A DNA stretch of 64,000 bases from Heteronotia binoei (GCF_032191835.1 NC_083226.1:139376001-139440000); one strand, 5' to 3'; positions 43,589-56,651 are shown, counted from the first letter of the stretch. Program-made: numbers and translations. The notes: generated by a model from the letters alone, not told the origin.

Positions 43589-46500
43589 TCAGAGTCCAGC
43601 CACGTTCTTTTCCAGCTGCAAAACAATTGCCTTCAAATCTGGGTCCTCTGCCCAATTGACTCCACTTCCAGTAATAAGATTCTGAAACAGATCAGTTACA
43701 TAATACATCCTCAGATTGTAGTGTAACAATAACCCATAAAGACTCATGCTCTTTAAATTCTAAAAATAAGCACAACTACGCTCTGCTTTAACAGAACTTA
43801 TTTCAGTTGATTTGTTTCAGATGTACTTATTTACCATTAGGCCATGGCTGTTACACTTGACTTTGGCACAGATTTTGCAAAATTGTCAGTATGACAACCA
43901 CATAAGGGTTTTGTTTAAGTTTCATACCATAAGTTGGATACAAGGAATCATGGAGAACGCTACTTGTGGAAGTGATTGCTGTATCTCCTTCCCCCTTTGG
44001 CAGCCCCCTGAAAGCAAGCAGTGGCAAGCCACCTCTGAACATCTCTTGCCTTGGAAAGCAGGTTGCTATACCATCCCCCACCACTAAAGGAAGAGTTGTT
44101 CTGAGGCTGGCTGGAGCATCCTTGGAGACAGCATGGAAAATTGCACAGAAATTATGGACCTCCTCCTTTGTGTGAGAAGGGCTGCCTTTTACTCAGACAA
44201 CTGCAAGTTACCCCGTTATACAAGTTATATATTTCCCATGTATTTACAGTAATTGTTTTGTCAATGCACCATGAAATCTTATCTGAAAAGATAGTGGGCT
44301 TTACTCTAGTAAGCAATTTTTACCAGTAACTTAAACAAAACAAGGGGATCAATTTACATACTTTCAGCAAAATGAGCTAATATAGATGTAATCTAGCAAA
44401 TCTGTCAGTTCTTTTAAGAATTATTTTACCTGAAAAATATTTTGAATCAGTGTAGTCATCTTAATTTCCTGTTGCAGATTTTTATAAGCCTTCGTTAATG
44501 TTTCTCCCACTTCCATATTTTCTAATTCCTCTTTTTGTTTTCTCTTTGTTTCATGTATTTGGGCCAGTTTGCATTCTCCTGCTCTCTTTAGTGCTGTTCA
44601 TTAAAAACAAAAATAATAAGACAATAAAGATTGCTAATTCTCAAACATACCCCACCCCCCCAGTTTGGTGTAGTGGTTGCATGCATGGACTCTTATCTGG
44701 GAAAACTGGGTTTGATTCCCCACTCCTCCACTTGCACCTGCTGGAATGGCCCTGGATCAGCCATAGTTCTCAGTAGGAGTTGTCCTTGAAAGCGCAGCTG
44801 CTGTAAGAGCTCTCTCAGCCCCGCCTACCTCACAGGGTGTCTGTTGTGGTGGGAGCGGGGAGATAGAGAAGATTGTGACTGCTCTGAGACTCCGAGCACA
44901 TGGCAGGATATAAATCCAATATCTTCTTGCTGACCCCCTGCCCACAAAGCATGCTGTGTTGCTCAAAGGGTCTCTCAGTCCTCAGCAGTCCTCATGCTTT
45001 GGAACAAGATTACTCTGTTCAGTTATTGTGGTTTGAGTATCTTCAGTTGCAAGATTTTTTGACAAGACACAGTTTTTATCCTCCTTTGTGTGTAAAACTG
45101 CGTTTGAACCATTTCTTTTTTCAGATGCTATGCCTTTAAAAGGTATGATTTCAAAGATTTACAATATACTTCTCTTTTCTTCATCTTCTTCCCTTCCATC
45201 TTACTGTAAAGCCTGGCAAATAGATCTAAATATTTCTTTAATGGTTGATTGTTGGCAAGATATATGGCAGTAGCCACCTCTTCACTCTAAATATTAACTT
45301 GAAAGAGTATAAAGTACTTTCTAGGTGGTATTTACTCCAGCACATTTGGCTCACTTGTCTCCTTCCATATCCTTTGCATGTTGGAAAGGCTGTGGGCAAT
45401 TAGGATCCTTTTTCCACACTTTGTGGTCTTGTCCGGTCATTGAGCAGTTTTGAAAACTAATTATATCAAAAATTACACAATTGACAGTATTAGTGGTCCC
45501 ATGCTCTCCACTAATACTTCTAAATTTTTGGGAAGAATTTGTGGTTTCTAAACCCAGGCAAGATTTAATTTCCATAATGTTTACTGCAGTTAAATATACC
45601 ATTGCTGTTCAGTGGCGGTTATCCTCTCCACCCTCAATTCACACGTGGGCGCTAAAATTATGGGAATATTTCCTACTGGATAAAATTACTGAATATAAAC
45701 TAAGTAAGATAGATACTCAGACTCATTCATACTTACGCCAAAAGTGGGAACCTTTCCTATGTCTAATTAATGGCATTCCACTAACCTTTCATCTGTTAAA
45801 AGTTTGTATTATAAATATGAATCTCAAGTGAATATTATGTATTTAACTTTTATTATTATATTCATTGTAATTTTGGAATTCTGAATAAAGATTTACTTTC
45901 TGCCAAAAAAAAACACCAGTCGTTCTTTGGGGGAAAGCAGGAAGTTCCATTTCTGTAAGCTCATTCCATTTGTGGGAGGCTTGGATCCAAACCAAGATAA
46001 GTATAATTTCATTTCTTTTTAAGAACTTACCTAGTCTGTTCTGCTTAACCTCATTCAGTTTTTCTTCCAGCTCACGAGAGTTCTGCATTAAAAAAATGGG
46101 TTTTCTTGTGTGAAACTGCATATTGTCAGGGAACAGTACAGCTGCAAAAACAAGTGTAAAGCTATGCTCACACAACAACTGGTTTCAATATGCTTTTACA
46201 GGCAGTGAGTTTTACCATTTTAATATAAAGTCTACATACCTGCTTGGATTTAAGTACTGCAGTACTCAGCAACATGATGTGCTTCATGGTATCCCAGATG
46301 AACCTAATAAAGTATATGCACATATGTGAGTATGATTTCATAAGTATCAAAGCCAAGCTAGGCAGACCTTAAACAAAACCTTAGCAACCATTTTAAATAA
46401 AAAAGTAGTTTAGGGGCTTGGAATGGGAAATCAGCATTGGGAAGGAAGGGGTATTTTGCCCATACAGTCTTCCATCTCCAATTTATTCCCTCTTCTTTAA

Positions 46501-49500
46501 GGTTTTATGCATGTATTACTACCAACACACATTTGGAATCCCATGAGGTGATAAGCAGTTTGGGGGAGAGAAGTGGCCAAAGGAATTATGCAGCCCCCTT
46601 TCCCACAGCAGTACTTGTCTGACACAAGTCACCCATCTTGAGCTGCTTTTCCTTAGAAAATTCTTCAGGGTTTTCTTAAATGATTTTGCATACAGCATGA
46701 AGTTTGTCTTTTAGTTTACTTCAAGTGGTGCCTTCAATTCAAGACTGACTTCAATCTCTTTGTAAACTGTTTATTAAAGAAGACTTTGATTTGCTGCCAT
46801 CAAAAGTAATGAATGCTAATATTGGAGTATCCTCATAATTGTAACGGGGGGCATTGTAAAGGGATCTCTTGTTCTTCAGCTTTTATTAATAAAGCATGTG
46901 TGTTGCCCCTGCTAAACTAGGAGCCAGCCACACAAAATAGCAAGCAGTAGCAGAGCTGTCATAGATGCAGTATTCAAAACGTGGCGTTATGGTAGCACAA
47001 TCCAATATATTAAGAATACTGGTAATCAAGATTGCCCATGTGGGAACGCCGTATGAAAAGGCCATATGAAAAGCAGAATGGGTAGGCCAGCCAAGCCCTT
47101 CTTTTGCCTAAATTCCCACTGCGGTGGGAGGGGGGAGGGCGGGGAGATTTACTCCCAACTTATTTCCCAGGGTCAGGGGTGAGGAATCACTTCCAATAAG
47201 GTAATCCCGACAAGAACAAAACAGCTGGAGGATTTTTCCCCCCAAAGTGGGAAGAAATGTGGCCAAAGGAACACACAAGTGTGGCCAAAAGAAGGGCTCA
47301 GAGTGCCTCCTGCCCTTTTATGTTGTGCTTTACATTAACTCAGCCACCACTTGACAGAATTCAGTTGCTGTTGATTTTATAATGCAGGGTTCCAACACCA
47401 TCACATCTAATCTGAACTCATGTTCAGCAAACCAAAAACATCCTTTAGTTTTAATGTTATTTTAGATAGTGGGACCTCATTAAAAAGTCTGTTTAAAGGA
47501 TTTAAACAGGAAATTCTGTAGCCTACTAAACCTATGTAATATTTCAGCATGCCATGATCCATAACCCAAATGTAAAATTGCTCTGGACCCCATAAAGACC
47601 ATTTCAGGGTCTCTAGGTGCACAGTAGGTAAAAATCTGTGAAAAGCTGATAAAATTTGTTAGGAATTTGCTTGTATTACTCTGATGTATACTTAGCATCA
47701 CAATGTTTTTATGGTTTTAATGTGCTTGTTTTTATTTGCCACTTGGCTTGTTAGCCACTCTGAGTCTGCTTGTGGAAAGGGTGAGATACAAATAGGATGT
47801 AAAAATAAATTTACATCACTGGCTACTGTTACAGTCTGCTACAGTCCTTGTGGCAACATATGAACCAATTGGTTGTATCTGGTAAACATTTAGGGCTCTG
47901 AGTATAATTAAATTTTTAGATCTCTCCTTGCTTTAAGCACTAGAAATCTATATTCTCATTGGTCAACTAGATAATCACTTATTTGCATGTCCGTACTGCA
48001 GCGCAGCCATAAACAGGCAAGTAAAGTCAGTCAGTCAGTCACATTTTATTTGTATCCCGCCCTCCTCGACCAAGCGGCTCAGGGCGGCAAACAGCATAAA
48101 ATTCAATACGTACATTATATAATAACATTTGAAGACAAATTAAAATCCATAAAATTCTAAAAACATTAATACATTTAGTGCTATTCATCGGCAAGTTTAC
48201 TTGGCAATTTAGTAGTATCAGCTGGTGAAGGCCATTTGGAACAGGATGGTTTTGCAGGCCCTGCGGAATTGTTCAATGTCCCACAGGGCCCGCATTTCCT
48301 CTGGGAGTTGATTCCACAGCTGTGGGGCCAAAACTGAGAAGGCCCGAGTACGGGTACTCTGGAGTCTTACCTCCTTTGGGCCAGGGATAGTCAGCAGGTT
48401 CTTCCCTGCTGACCTCAGCGCTCTCTGGGGTTCATACGAGGAGAGGCGGTCCCTAAGGTAGGCAGGTCCTGGGCCACATAGGGCTTTAAAGGTAATAACC
48501 AGCACTTTGTAGCGAATCCGGTATACAACTGGCAGCCAGTGCAGTTCACGCAGCCCCGGCTGTATGTGCTCCCGCTTTGGGAACCCCAGCAACAGTCTGG
48601 CAGCCGCGTTCTGCACTAGCTGCAGCTTCTGGGTTCGGCACAAAGGCAGCACCATGTAGAGGGCATTACAGTAATCCAGTCTCGAGGTGACCGATGCGTG
48701 GATCTCTGTTGCCAGGTCCCGACGCTCCAGGAAGGGGGCCAACTGCCTTGCCCGCCTCAGATGAAAAAAGGCTGACTTGGCAGTGGCTGCTATCTGGGCC
48801 TCCATTGATAATGAAGGCCCCAGTAGAACTCCCAGGCTTCTAACCCAAAGACCGGAAGAGATATATCTCCTCCTAGAGCACCCCGACCCAGGCAAAGGAC
48901 CTCTGTCTTCGCCGGATTCAATTTCAGCCCGCTCAGCCTTAACCAGGTTGCCACGGCCTGCAGTGCCAGGTCCAAGTTCTCTGGGACGCAGTCAGGTCGG
49001 CCATCTATTAGTAGATAAAGCTGGGTGTCATCTGCATACTGGTGACACCCGAGCCCGTACCTCCTGGCAATCTGGGCAAGGGGGCGCATATAGATATTAA
49101 ATAGCATCGGCGAGAGAACTGCTCCCTGAGGTATCCCACAGTGTAGTGTGCACCTCTGGGAGAGCTCTCCCCCGATTGCCACCCTTTGTCCCCGATCCTC
49201 AAGGAAGGAGGAAAGCCATTGTAAGGCCAACCCCCTAACCCCAACATCGGCGAGGTGGCGGATCAGTAGCCGATGGTCGACCGTGTCAAACGCGGCCGAC
49301 AGGTCTAACAGCATCAGCACCGCCACACCGCCCCGATCCGCTGGAGGTCATCCACCAAGGCGACCAGCACTGTCTCTGTCCCATGACCCGGGCGAAAGCC
49401 AGACTGGCAAGGGTCTAAGATGGAAGCGTCATCCAGAAAACCCTGTAACTGCAACGCCACTGCCCTCTCTATGATTTTACCTAAAAACGGTAAATTCGAG

Positions 49501-52500
49501 ACCGGCCGGTAATTTGCCAATTCGGCCGGATCTGCTGTGCTTTTTTTTCAGGATGGGGCGAACCAAGGCCTCTTTTAAGCTCCCTCAGGCAAGATTTAAT
49601 TAGCCAGGTGGGGCATGGGTCTAAATCGCAAGTTGTTGGGCGCGCAGAGATGAGAATTCCGTCGACTTCCTCCAGGCTGAGCGGGTCGAAATGATCCAGG
49701 ACTAAACCTGAAGACAGGCACGGAGCCTCCAGTTCATGTACTGTATCCAATGTGATGGGCAGGTCTTGGCGGAGCGACGTGATTTTGTCTGCAAAAAATT
49801 TCGCAAAAGCCTCACAGCCTATTTCCAATTCTTTAACATTTGGCCTGCCCTGGGGCAGTGTAGTTAAATCTCCAATTATTTTGAACAATTGTGCCGGGCG
49901 CGAATTTGCAGACGCAATCCTGGCCGCGAAGTAATCTTTCTTCGCGGCCTTGAGTGCCATCTCATAAGACCTCATAAGCGTTCTATAAGATGTTCTCACC
50001 GCTTCGCCACAAGTGCACCGCCACTGCCTCTCTAGTCTTGTTTCAGCTGGCGTAACTCCGAGGTGTACCATGGAGCCAGCTTCAAACGAGGGCGCAGAGG
50101 ACGTCGAGGTGCGATCTCGTTGATTGCCCCAGTTAGCCGATCTTGCCAGGCATCAACTAGGGCGTCAAGGGAATTGCCAGGGAGCCAGGGGTCCCGAAGA
50201 GCCATCTGAAACCTTTCCGGGTCCATCAAGCTCCGCGGGCGAGCCAAAATAGGCTCTCCGCCCTTACAGGGTTGGAGTGACGCCTCCAAACGGGCCTTGA
50301 GGGCTAGGTGATCCAACCATGGCACCACCTCCATTGCGATATCGCTCACCTGAATCCTGGTCGCAAAGACCAGGTCTAATGTGTGTCCCACCTGGTGCGT
50401 AGGAGTCGTAATAAATTGAGAGAGTCCCAGTGTCGCCATGGAAGACACTAGGTCCATTGCCCGACTGGAGGCCGCGTCATCGGCATGGACATTGAAGTCA
50501 CCCAGGACCACAAGCCTCGGGTGCTCCACTGCCCAGCCCGACACCGCCTCCACCAGGGATGGTAAGGCGCTGGCTGGTGCGTTAGGCAGACGGTATACCA
50601 GCCAGATCGCCAACCCCTCTCCGACATCCCACGCTAGGCCGGCACATTCAATGCCATTGATCGTTGGGGCCGGGAGAGCCCGGAAAGAGTAATCCTCCCG
50701 TATGAATAGCGCCACCCCTCCCCCCCGCCCACTAACCCGTGATTGATGAAAGACCAAGTAACCCGGGGGGGCCATCTGGGAGAGAGCCACTGTCTCCCCC
50801 TCTTGCACCCAGGTCTCGGTCACGCAAGCCAGGACTGTGTCCTGCCGAAGCAGGAAATCTCTAAGAGTCTCGGTCTTATTATTTATAGACCTGGCGTTGC
50901 ATAACACCAATGACGGGTGTGGGCAAATCCTCCTGGCTCTACTACCTGTCACCGTCGGGATGGGAAGTAGACTGGAAGGGGGCCGAGCCCTGTTTTGTCT
51001 CAGTCCCCTTCCCCCACTCCTCTGTCCCCTCCCACCGCCATATCTTCCCCTCCCCAGGAGCACTGGAATCCCCTGTCAGGTGGTTTAAGAAGTCTCCTTG
51101 TTTTAGACTTTCAAATTCCCTTACTTAGAGTCAGCATCGTAATTCCTCAGTTTGGTTCTGAGGGCTTCAGTAACTTGGATCCTGTGCAGAACAGAGAAAT
51201 TACAAGAGAAAATGTATAAATAGTCTAAATACATGTACAGAACAAATTTCAACTGCATACTGAGTATTTGTCTCCTCATCTATACATTTCTATACAAATG
51301 ATACATCATAATCCAACACTTATAACTAGCCACAGGGATGGATCCTTCATCTTTTTTCATCAGCACCCATGTGTTCTTACTGTGCAAGGCACCTTTCAGT
51401 GATGTACAACATGCTGTTATTTCTTGAATGTCACTCCCAAGTTTGTCACACAGCATATTGATCCATATGAAAATTGGACACTTCATGGTATTACCATAAA
51501 AGGGGGGTTTGAAAGTCATAAGAAATCTATGATCTGTTACTTGCAAAATATAACTGCACTCTTGAAACAAATACAGTGGAGTACTGAAACTGAGACCAAA
51601 ATATAAGCAAAACTTTCCTCATATCACAAAGCCTTATAGCTGTCTTGGTCTTTGAAAAAACAATGGGTTGGATTCTACCATTTCATTCCATTGGTGTATA
51701 CTACTCCAGCACAAACCACCCTCCACTGACATCAGATAAACGACAAACCCTGGCAAATCAAGCAGCAGGTTAGGCATTGCTTATACCACTGACTTCAGTG
51801 GACATTCAGCCTGTGTAATGTTTGCTAGATTACAGCTTGGATGTTAGGATTTGCCTCTATAATAATCTTCCTTTCATACACTGTACTTGGAAGTGCCCAG
51901 CAACAAACAAATCTTTACCTCTGTAATGCTAATGCTTTGTTTTGGTACGAAACCTTCACCTCTTCCATTTCTCTTTCCAAATCTTCAATGGAACTAAAAG
52001 CAAAATGGATGATCAATTAACCAATTATGCCCATAATATCTGAAATGTACCATCCATAGAAGTTGCTTCTTCTTCTACTGAATTCTGATAAAAGCCAGAG
52101 CAACAAAAAACATTTCTGTCATGTTTTGCTGCTTTGATATCAACTCTAGTGCCATGTTCAGAAATATAGTTGCCAAGACCTGCAGATTTGAAAAATTAAC
52201 ATTTGGCTGACATAAATATATTGATTCAAAAATTTATATCCTCGTTCTGTGAACTGTACGAGCAACATTGCTGTATCCTCTTTCTGTGAACTGTACGAGC
52301 AACATTGCTGGAGCTTTTTTAATGTTTCCAGATGAGACTGTGCAAGGACATATGTCCAAAAAGAAATCTACTTCTATATGAACCTTTGAGCTATAAGGTT
52401 AAGTCACAACTAATTCTGTAAACACAAATTACCCACTTTGAACAGGTCTCTAGAGAGATCACATATAATATTCCAAAAAGAAATTGGAATCCATGAAATT

Positions 52501-54014
52501 CTGAACTGAAATGTTTCATGCTATTTTTCCTCCTCAGGTGCTTGTATTACCACTAGTCTTTTGCCTTTTGATTGTGCTCTTAAATGCAAAGGTCTAGTTA
52601 TTCACTTCCTGTGTTTGCATAAGACAAAATAATGACAAATCGAAGTGCAAAAAGTTCCAACTCAGAAAAGGACAAACCTTTCAAATACTTTTTCATCTAT
52701 AACTTGATCTGGAATGCTTTCTTCACCTGCCAGACAAAAATGATAAGTTAAAGACAATGAGGAAAAAAAACACCATCACTCTCTGAGCTTTACAAAGACA
52801 ACTATGGTGGTGAAAAGCTTGTCTATTTTTTTCAGTAAAAACAAACAAAAACTTTATAAACAAGCACCTTCCCAGCATGCAATTTTTTAACTTCAGCAAC
52901 TGAAGATATGAGAAAGTTTGCAGCAGTTACATTTTTACAATGGTGAGCAAACACTTACTTGCATTAATTGTAGTATTGTATTCAATTAGATGTTGTTTTA
53001 TTTGTTCCCTTATTCTACAGTAGAAAAATAAGAAAACCAAACAAAAACAAAATAAGGTATAGCAGTTTATAGCAAAGTTATGTTACTCCTATATATGTTA
53101 ACTGCAACCACTCTTGCCTTGACAGGCCTATGATCAGTTGAGCATTTCAAAGCAGGCATTAGGAAACTTTGCTGGAATTAGATTTAAAACCATGTTGATT
53201 GATGCTTCACTTGAAAGAGTAAAAAGGTCAATGCCCTCCTTTCATTATTAAACATTGCTTAACAATCCTCCTTTACTCTGCAGTAGCCTCTGAAGCAGGA
53301 TGTTCAGTGCTGATCCTGTTCACTTCCTAGAAATATATATATATTTACCTCATTTATAGCCTACGTTTCTCACTCAGACTGAAGGTTACAAAACAGAAGT
53401 CAAAAACAATTCAATCAGACGTTTACTCCCACAATAGATCCTGTTCTTTTTATGATAATCTAGTTGCAACGTGTTTTTATATAGACCTTAATGAGCAGCA
53501 GGGACTGAAATGACAGTAGCATTTTGTACTGTTTCACCTCCAGACGTTTATATGCCCATGCACTACTAAAGTCAACATGTATATATTTACACAGCGCTGC
53601 TGTGAAGATAAAACGGAGGAGAGAATTATGAAAGCCGCTTTAGAGTCTCCAGTGGAGAAAAAATGTAAATTCTTCCCTGGTCCCTAGTGATGCTTGGAAT
53701 ACTCACGGATTTGGCAGCCTTAAGAATGGCTGCCACTTGCTTGGCTTTTCCAAGTTCCCTTGAACTTTTGCTACACTAGGGCGAACTCGCACCCATCCCC
53801 CCGCCCCAATTCTACGGAGAATAGAAACTTACCGAAAGAGACTGACCAGGTCGGCACTCGGCCCATCCACGCTCACTAGTCCACGCGTAGGCGCTGCTTC
53901 TGCAGCCGCCTCTTCAGAAGAACCATCGGAGGTTGTTGCTGCTGCGACGGCGGCTGGCCCCGCTTCCTCTTCCAGGCGGGCAGCTGCGTCCCCCGCTCCT
54001 CCCAACAGCTCCAT
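43589..54014 (-). CDS. CENPH: Centromere protein H, complete, 9 coding exons, 263 aa
   Basis: Exons 54014-53833, 53014-52959, 52726-52678, 51993-51919, 51181-51125, 46303-46240, 46082-46031, 44593-44430, 43681-43589 (792 nt, GT-AG, frame-consistent). Peptides IREQIKQHLIEY, IEDLEREMEEVKV, NSRELEEKL, NLQQEIKMTTLIQNIFQ, NLITGSGVNWAEDPDLKAIVLQLEKN*. Confidence 0.95.
44660..44930 (+). mobile_element. Squam3-like SINE in CENPH intron 7, close to exon 8
   Basis: Near-identical to the 7548 copy. Confidence 0.85.
48026..51080 (-). mobile_element. L2-clade LINE, near-complete ORF2 (APE endonuclease + reverse transcriptase) broken by about 4 frameshifts, in CENPH intron 5
   Basis: Successive ORFs: LCNARSINNK..CVTETW..GRGGGVAL..LGDFNVH..GHTLDLVF (APE); NYRPVSNLPFLGKIIER, LLDLSAAFDTVDH, GIPQGAVLSPMLF, QYADDTQLY (RT); LDYCNAL..LHWLPV (L2 C-terminus). 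3' end CCGCCCTGAG..AATAAAATG(TGAC)4. Confidence 0.95.
52239..52312. repeat. 37-bp tandem duplication in CENPH intron 3
   Basis: TCCTC(G/T)TTCTGTGAACTGTACGAGCAACATTGCTG occurs twice. Confidence 0.9.
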
Positions 54015-54190
54015 CCCGACGGCTACAGCGGCCTCTCCTCACTTCGGCTTTCCGCCGCCTTTTCGAAAGGCCCGCTGCCTGACGTCATCGACAACAGCCG
54101 CCGATTGTTCCTGTCATGGCGACCCGCCTCACGCCTGATACGACAGCAGGCTTCGTGGGCGGAACCTTACAGCCATACGCTTCCGACAAC
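53780..54190 (-). promoter_or_regulatory. CENPH CpG-island promoter with CRE and CDE/CHR-like module
   Basis: Minus strand reads TGACGTCA (54080-54087), then AGCGG-gcct-TTCGAA (54076-54062), about 50 nt upstream of the ATG. Confidence 0.75.
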
Positions 54191-54294
54191 CAATTGAATG
54201 TCAGAAGGAATCTGCCATGTGCGGGGAAAGGGAAGCCTTCTCAACCCAGAAGGCAGGCAAATAAACAAATGCTGCAGAATTAGCTGGGCAGTGG

Positions 54295-54890
54295 TGTTGG
54301 TCTGAAGTAGCAGAACAAAGTTTGAGTCCAGCGGCACTTTTAAGACCAACAAAGTTTAAGTCTAAGTATAAGCTTTCATGTGCATATGCACTTCTTCAGA
54401 TACAGTGAAATTTAAGTTACCAGTCCATACATATAGGTAGAAGGTGAGCAGTAAATTAGCATACAGCATAATAAACAGACTGAAGAACCAAACAGGAGTA
54501 ACAAGCTTAGTTTATATGGTTACTATATGTTTGGGTTTAATTCCAAGGGAATTAAATCATCCAAATTTGATTGTTTCCCCTGTAGGAGAACACTTCAGCC
54601 TTCCAGGACATTCAGTTCCTGTTAAAGAAACTTCAGAAACAGACCAGAAAGATAAATTCCTGAGTTGCAAGTTATTACAGCATTCAGAACAATGGAATCC
54701 TCAGGACTTAACAAGAATATTGATTTCTTATCTCACTACATATGCTAACCTCATTCTCTTTAATGGTTGAGAAAATTCTGTTTCACTGTATCTAAAGAAT
54801 TGCGCTTTCACACAAACACATATCTTTAATAAGACTTTGTTGGTCTTAAAGGTGCCACTGGACTCAAACTTTGTTCTGTTACATCAGGTA
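54295..54890 (+). mobile_element. Penelope-like element remnant: GIY-YIG C-terminal region flanked by inverted pLTR copies
   Basis: SPVGEHFSLPGHS.. at 54575-54740. Segment 54300-54415 is the reverse complement of 54780-54887. Confidence 0.75.
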
Positions 54891-55649
54891 GTTTCAGAAG
54901 GCAATCATGATAACTTGCAGTAGTCGAACTGCTAGATTCAAGTCCAGTAGCATCTTGGGGTGGGGGGCGGAACATGTTGGGGGTATAAGATTTTGAGAGC
55001 TGATGGTCCCTTTGTCAGATACCAAGGAAGGAAGCTTTGACTCTCAAAAGCTTATCCCACCCCCCAAAAAAATCTTGTTGGTCTTGAGGGCTTTTTCTGT
55101 AGAGAAAGCCCAGCAGGAACTCATTTGCATATTAGGCCACACCCTCTGGCACCAAACCAGCTGGAACTGGAACTCGTTGGTCTCTAAGGCATGACTGGAC
55201 TCAAATCTAGCTGTACATACATCAGAGTTTGTGCTGCAGGCTACAGGAAATACATTCTTCAATCCAACCACTGAGGCCTCCTGATTGCCACAGAGATTGA
55301 TTTTTCCCTTCTCCCTTCCATGGTATTTTGCTCCATTGTTTATTCACAAATAGTTTTATCTATCGATGCCCCCCCTTAACATTATAAAAACAAACAAAAA
55401 ACAGCTTTGTGCCTCCTAGGAATTCGTTAAGTTGCTACAAAATTAAGCTGGACTGACCGAACTTGAGAACCTGATGCTACCTTGCAGCCCAGTGTGTGTG
55501 TGAGAGAGCATTGTCCCCTCTGGGAAATCTAGGAGGGTTAGAGCCCAGCTACCCTCCATAGCTTACACCCCTAGTTCACCTGCATTCTCTGTGGAGGCTT
55601 CCACATTACAGAGTGACCTGCCTTAAGCTATTAGAAAAGCCCCACACAG

Positions 55650-55915
55650 ACAGTAGTGTAGTGGTTAAGAGCAGTGGACTCTGATCTGGAGAACCAGGTT
55701 TGATTCCTCACTCCTCCACATGCAGTCCATTGGGTAACCTTGGGTCAACCACAGTTCTCTCAGAGCTGTTCTCTCAAGAGCAGTTATCTGAAAGCTCTCT
55801 CAGCCCCACCTAACTCACAGGATATCTGTTGTGGGAAAAGGAAGGGAAGGGAATTGTAAACTGCTGTGAGACTCCAAGTAAAGGGCAGGTTATAACTCCA
55901 GCTCCTACTCCTCTT
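55650..55915 (+). mobile_element. Squam3-like SINE
   Basis: Same family motifs. Confidence 0.85.
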
Positions 55916-56019
55916 TCCTAAAATGTGCTACACAAAATTGTTCAGATGAGTATCCTTGTAGAGACTGTGTGATGTAAGAGAGATCAGCTTGGGAAGTCGC
56001 CTTTAATAGAGATTTTTCC

Positions 56020-56285
56020 TGTCCTGTGGAAGAACATTTTACCCTCCCAGAGGACCTCAAAGTAGCTGTTTTACTGCAAAGGAATTTCAGAAACAGACTG
56101 GAATGGGAGATTGTTGAATTACAAGTTATTACAACATCAGGACAATGGAACCCCCAGGGCTTAACAGATATCAGGTTTTTATCTCACTACACATGCTGAG
56201 TCACTCAGTTCTCACTTATACACATGATTAAACTTTGTCTTAAAGGTGCCACTGAACTAAAACTTAGTTCTCACATCAGTTGTTA
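56020..56285 (+). mobile_element. Penelope-like 3' remnant
   Basis: PVEEHFTLP..DLKVAVLLQRNFRNRLEWE (GIY-YIG tail) followed by the shared pLTR segment GTCTTAAAGGTGCCACTG. Confidence 0.7.
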
Positions 56286-56651
56286 ACTTGTTATCTGTAT
56301 GTTGTTTGCTGCTGTTCAGACCATACAAACTGCATTATTCTTATCCAGAGATGGCCAAACTTGCTTAATGTAAGAGCCATATAGAATAAATGCCAAATGT
56401 GTGAGAGCCACAAAACATGAGTTGTAAGACATTTGAGAGCCTCAAGACAGGAAGGAAGGCAAATAGATGGGAGGAAGAAGAGTTGGAAAGAAAGCAACTT
56501 TTAACTTTAAATGCATTCTCCAAGCTGCTGGCTGGCTTGAAGAAATGATTTAGAGACAAATGCCTTCTCCAAACCAGCTGATGGGGCAGTGGAGGCTTCA
56601 AGAGCCACACAATGTGTGTGGCCACATGTTGATCCCAAGCCCTAGTTTGGC

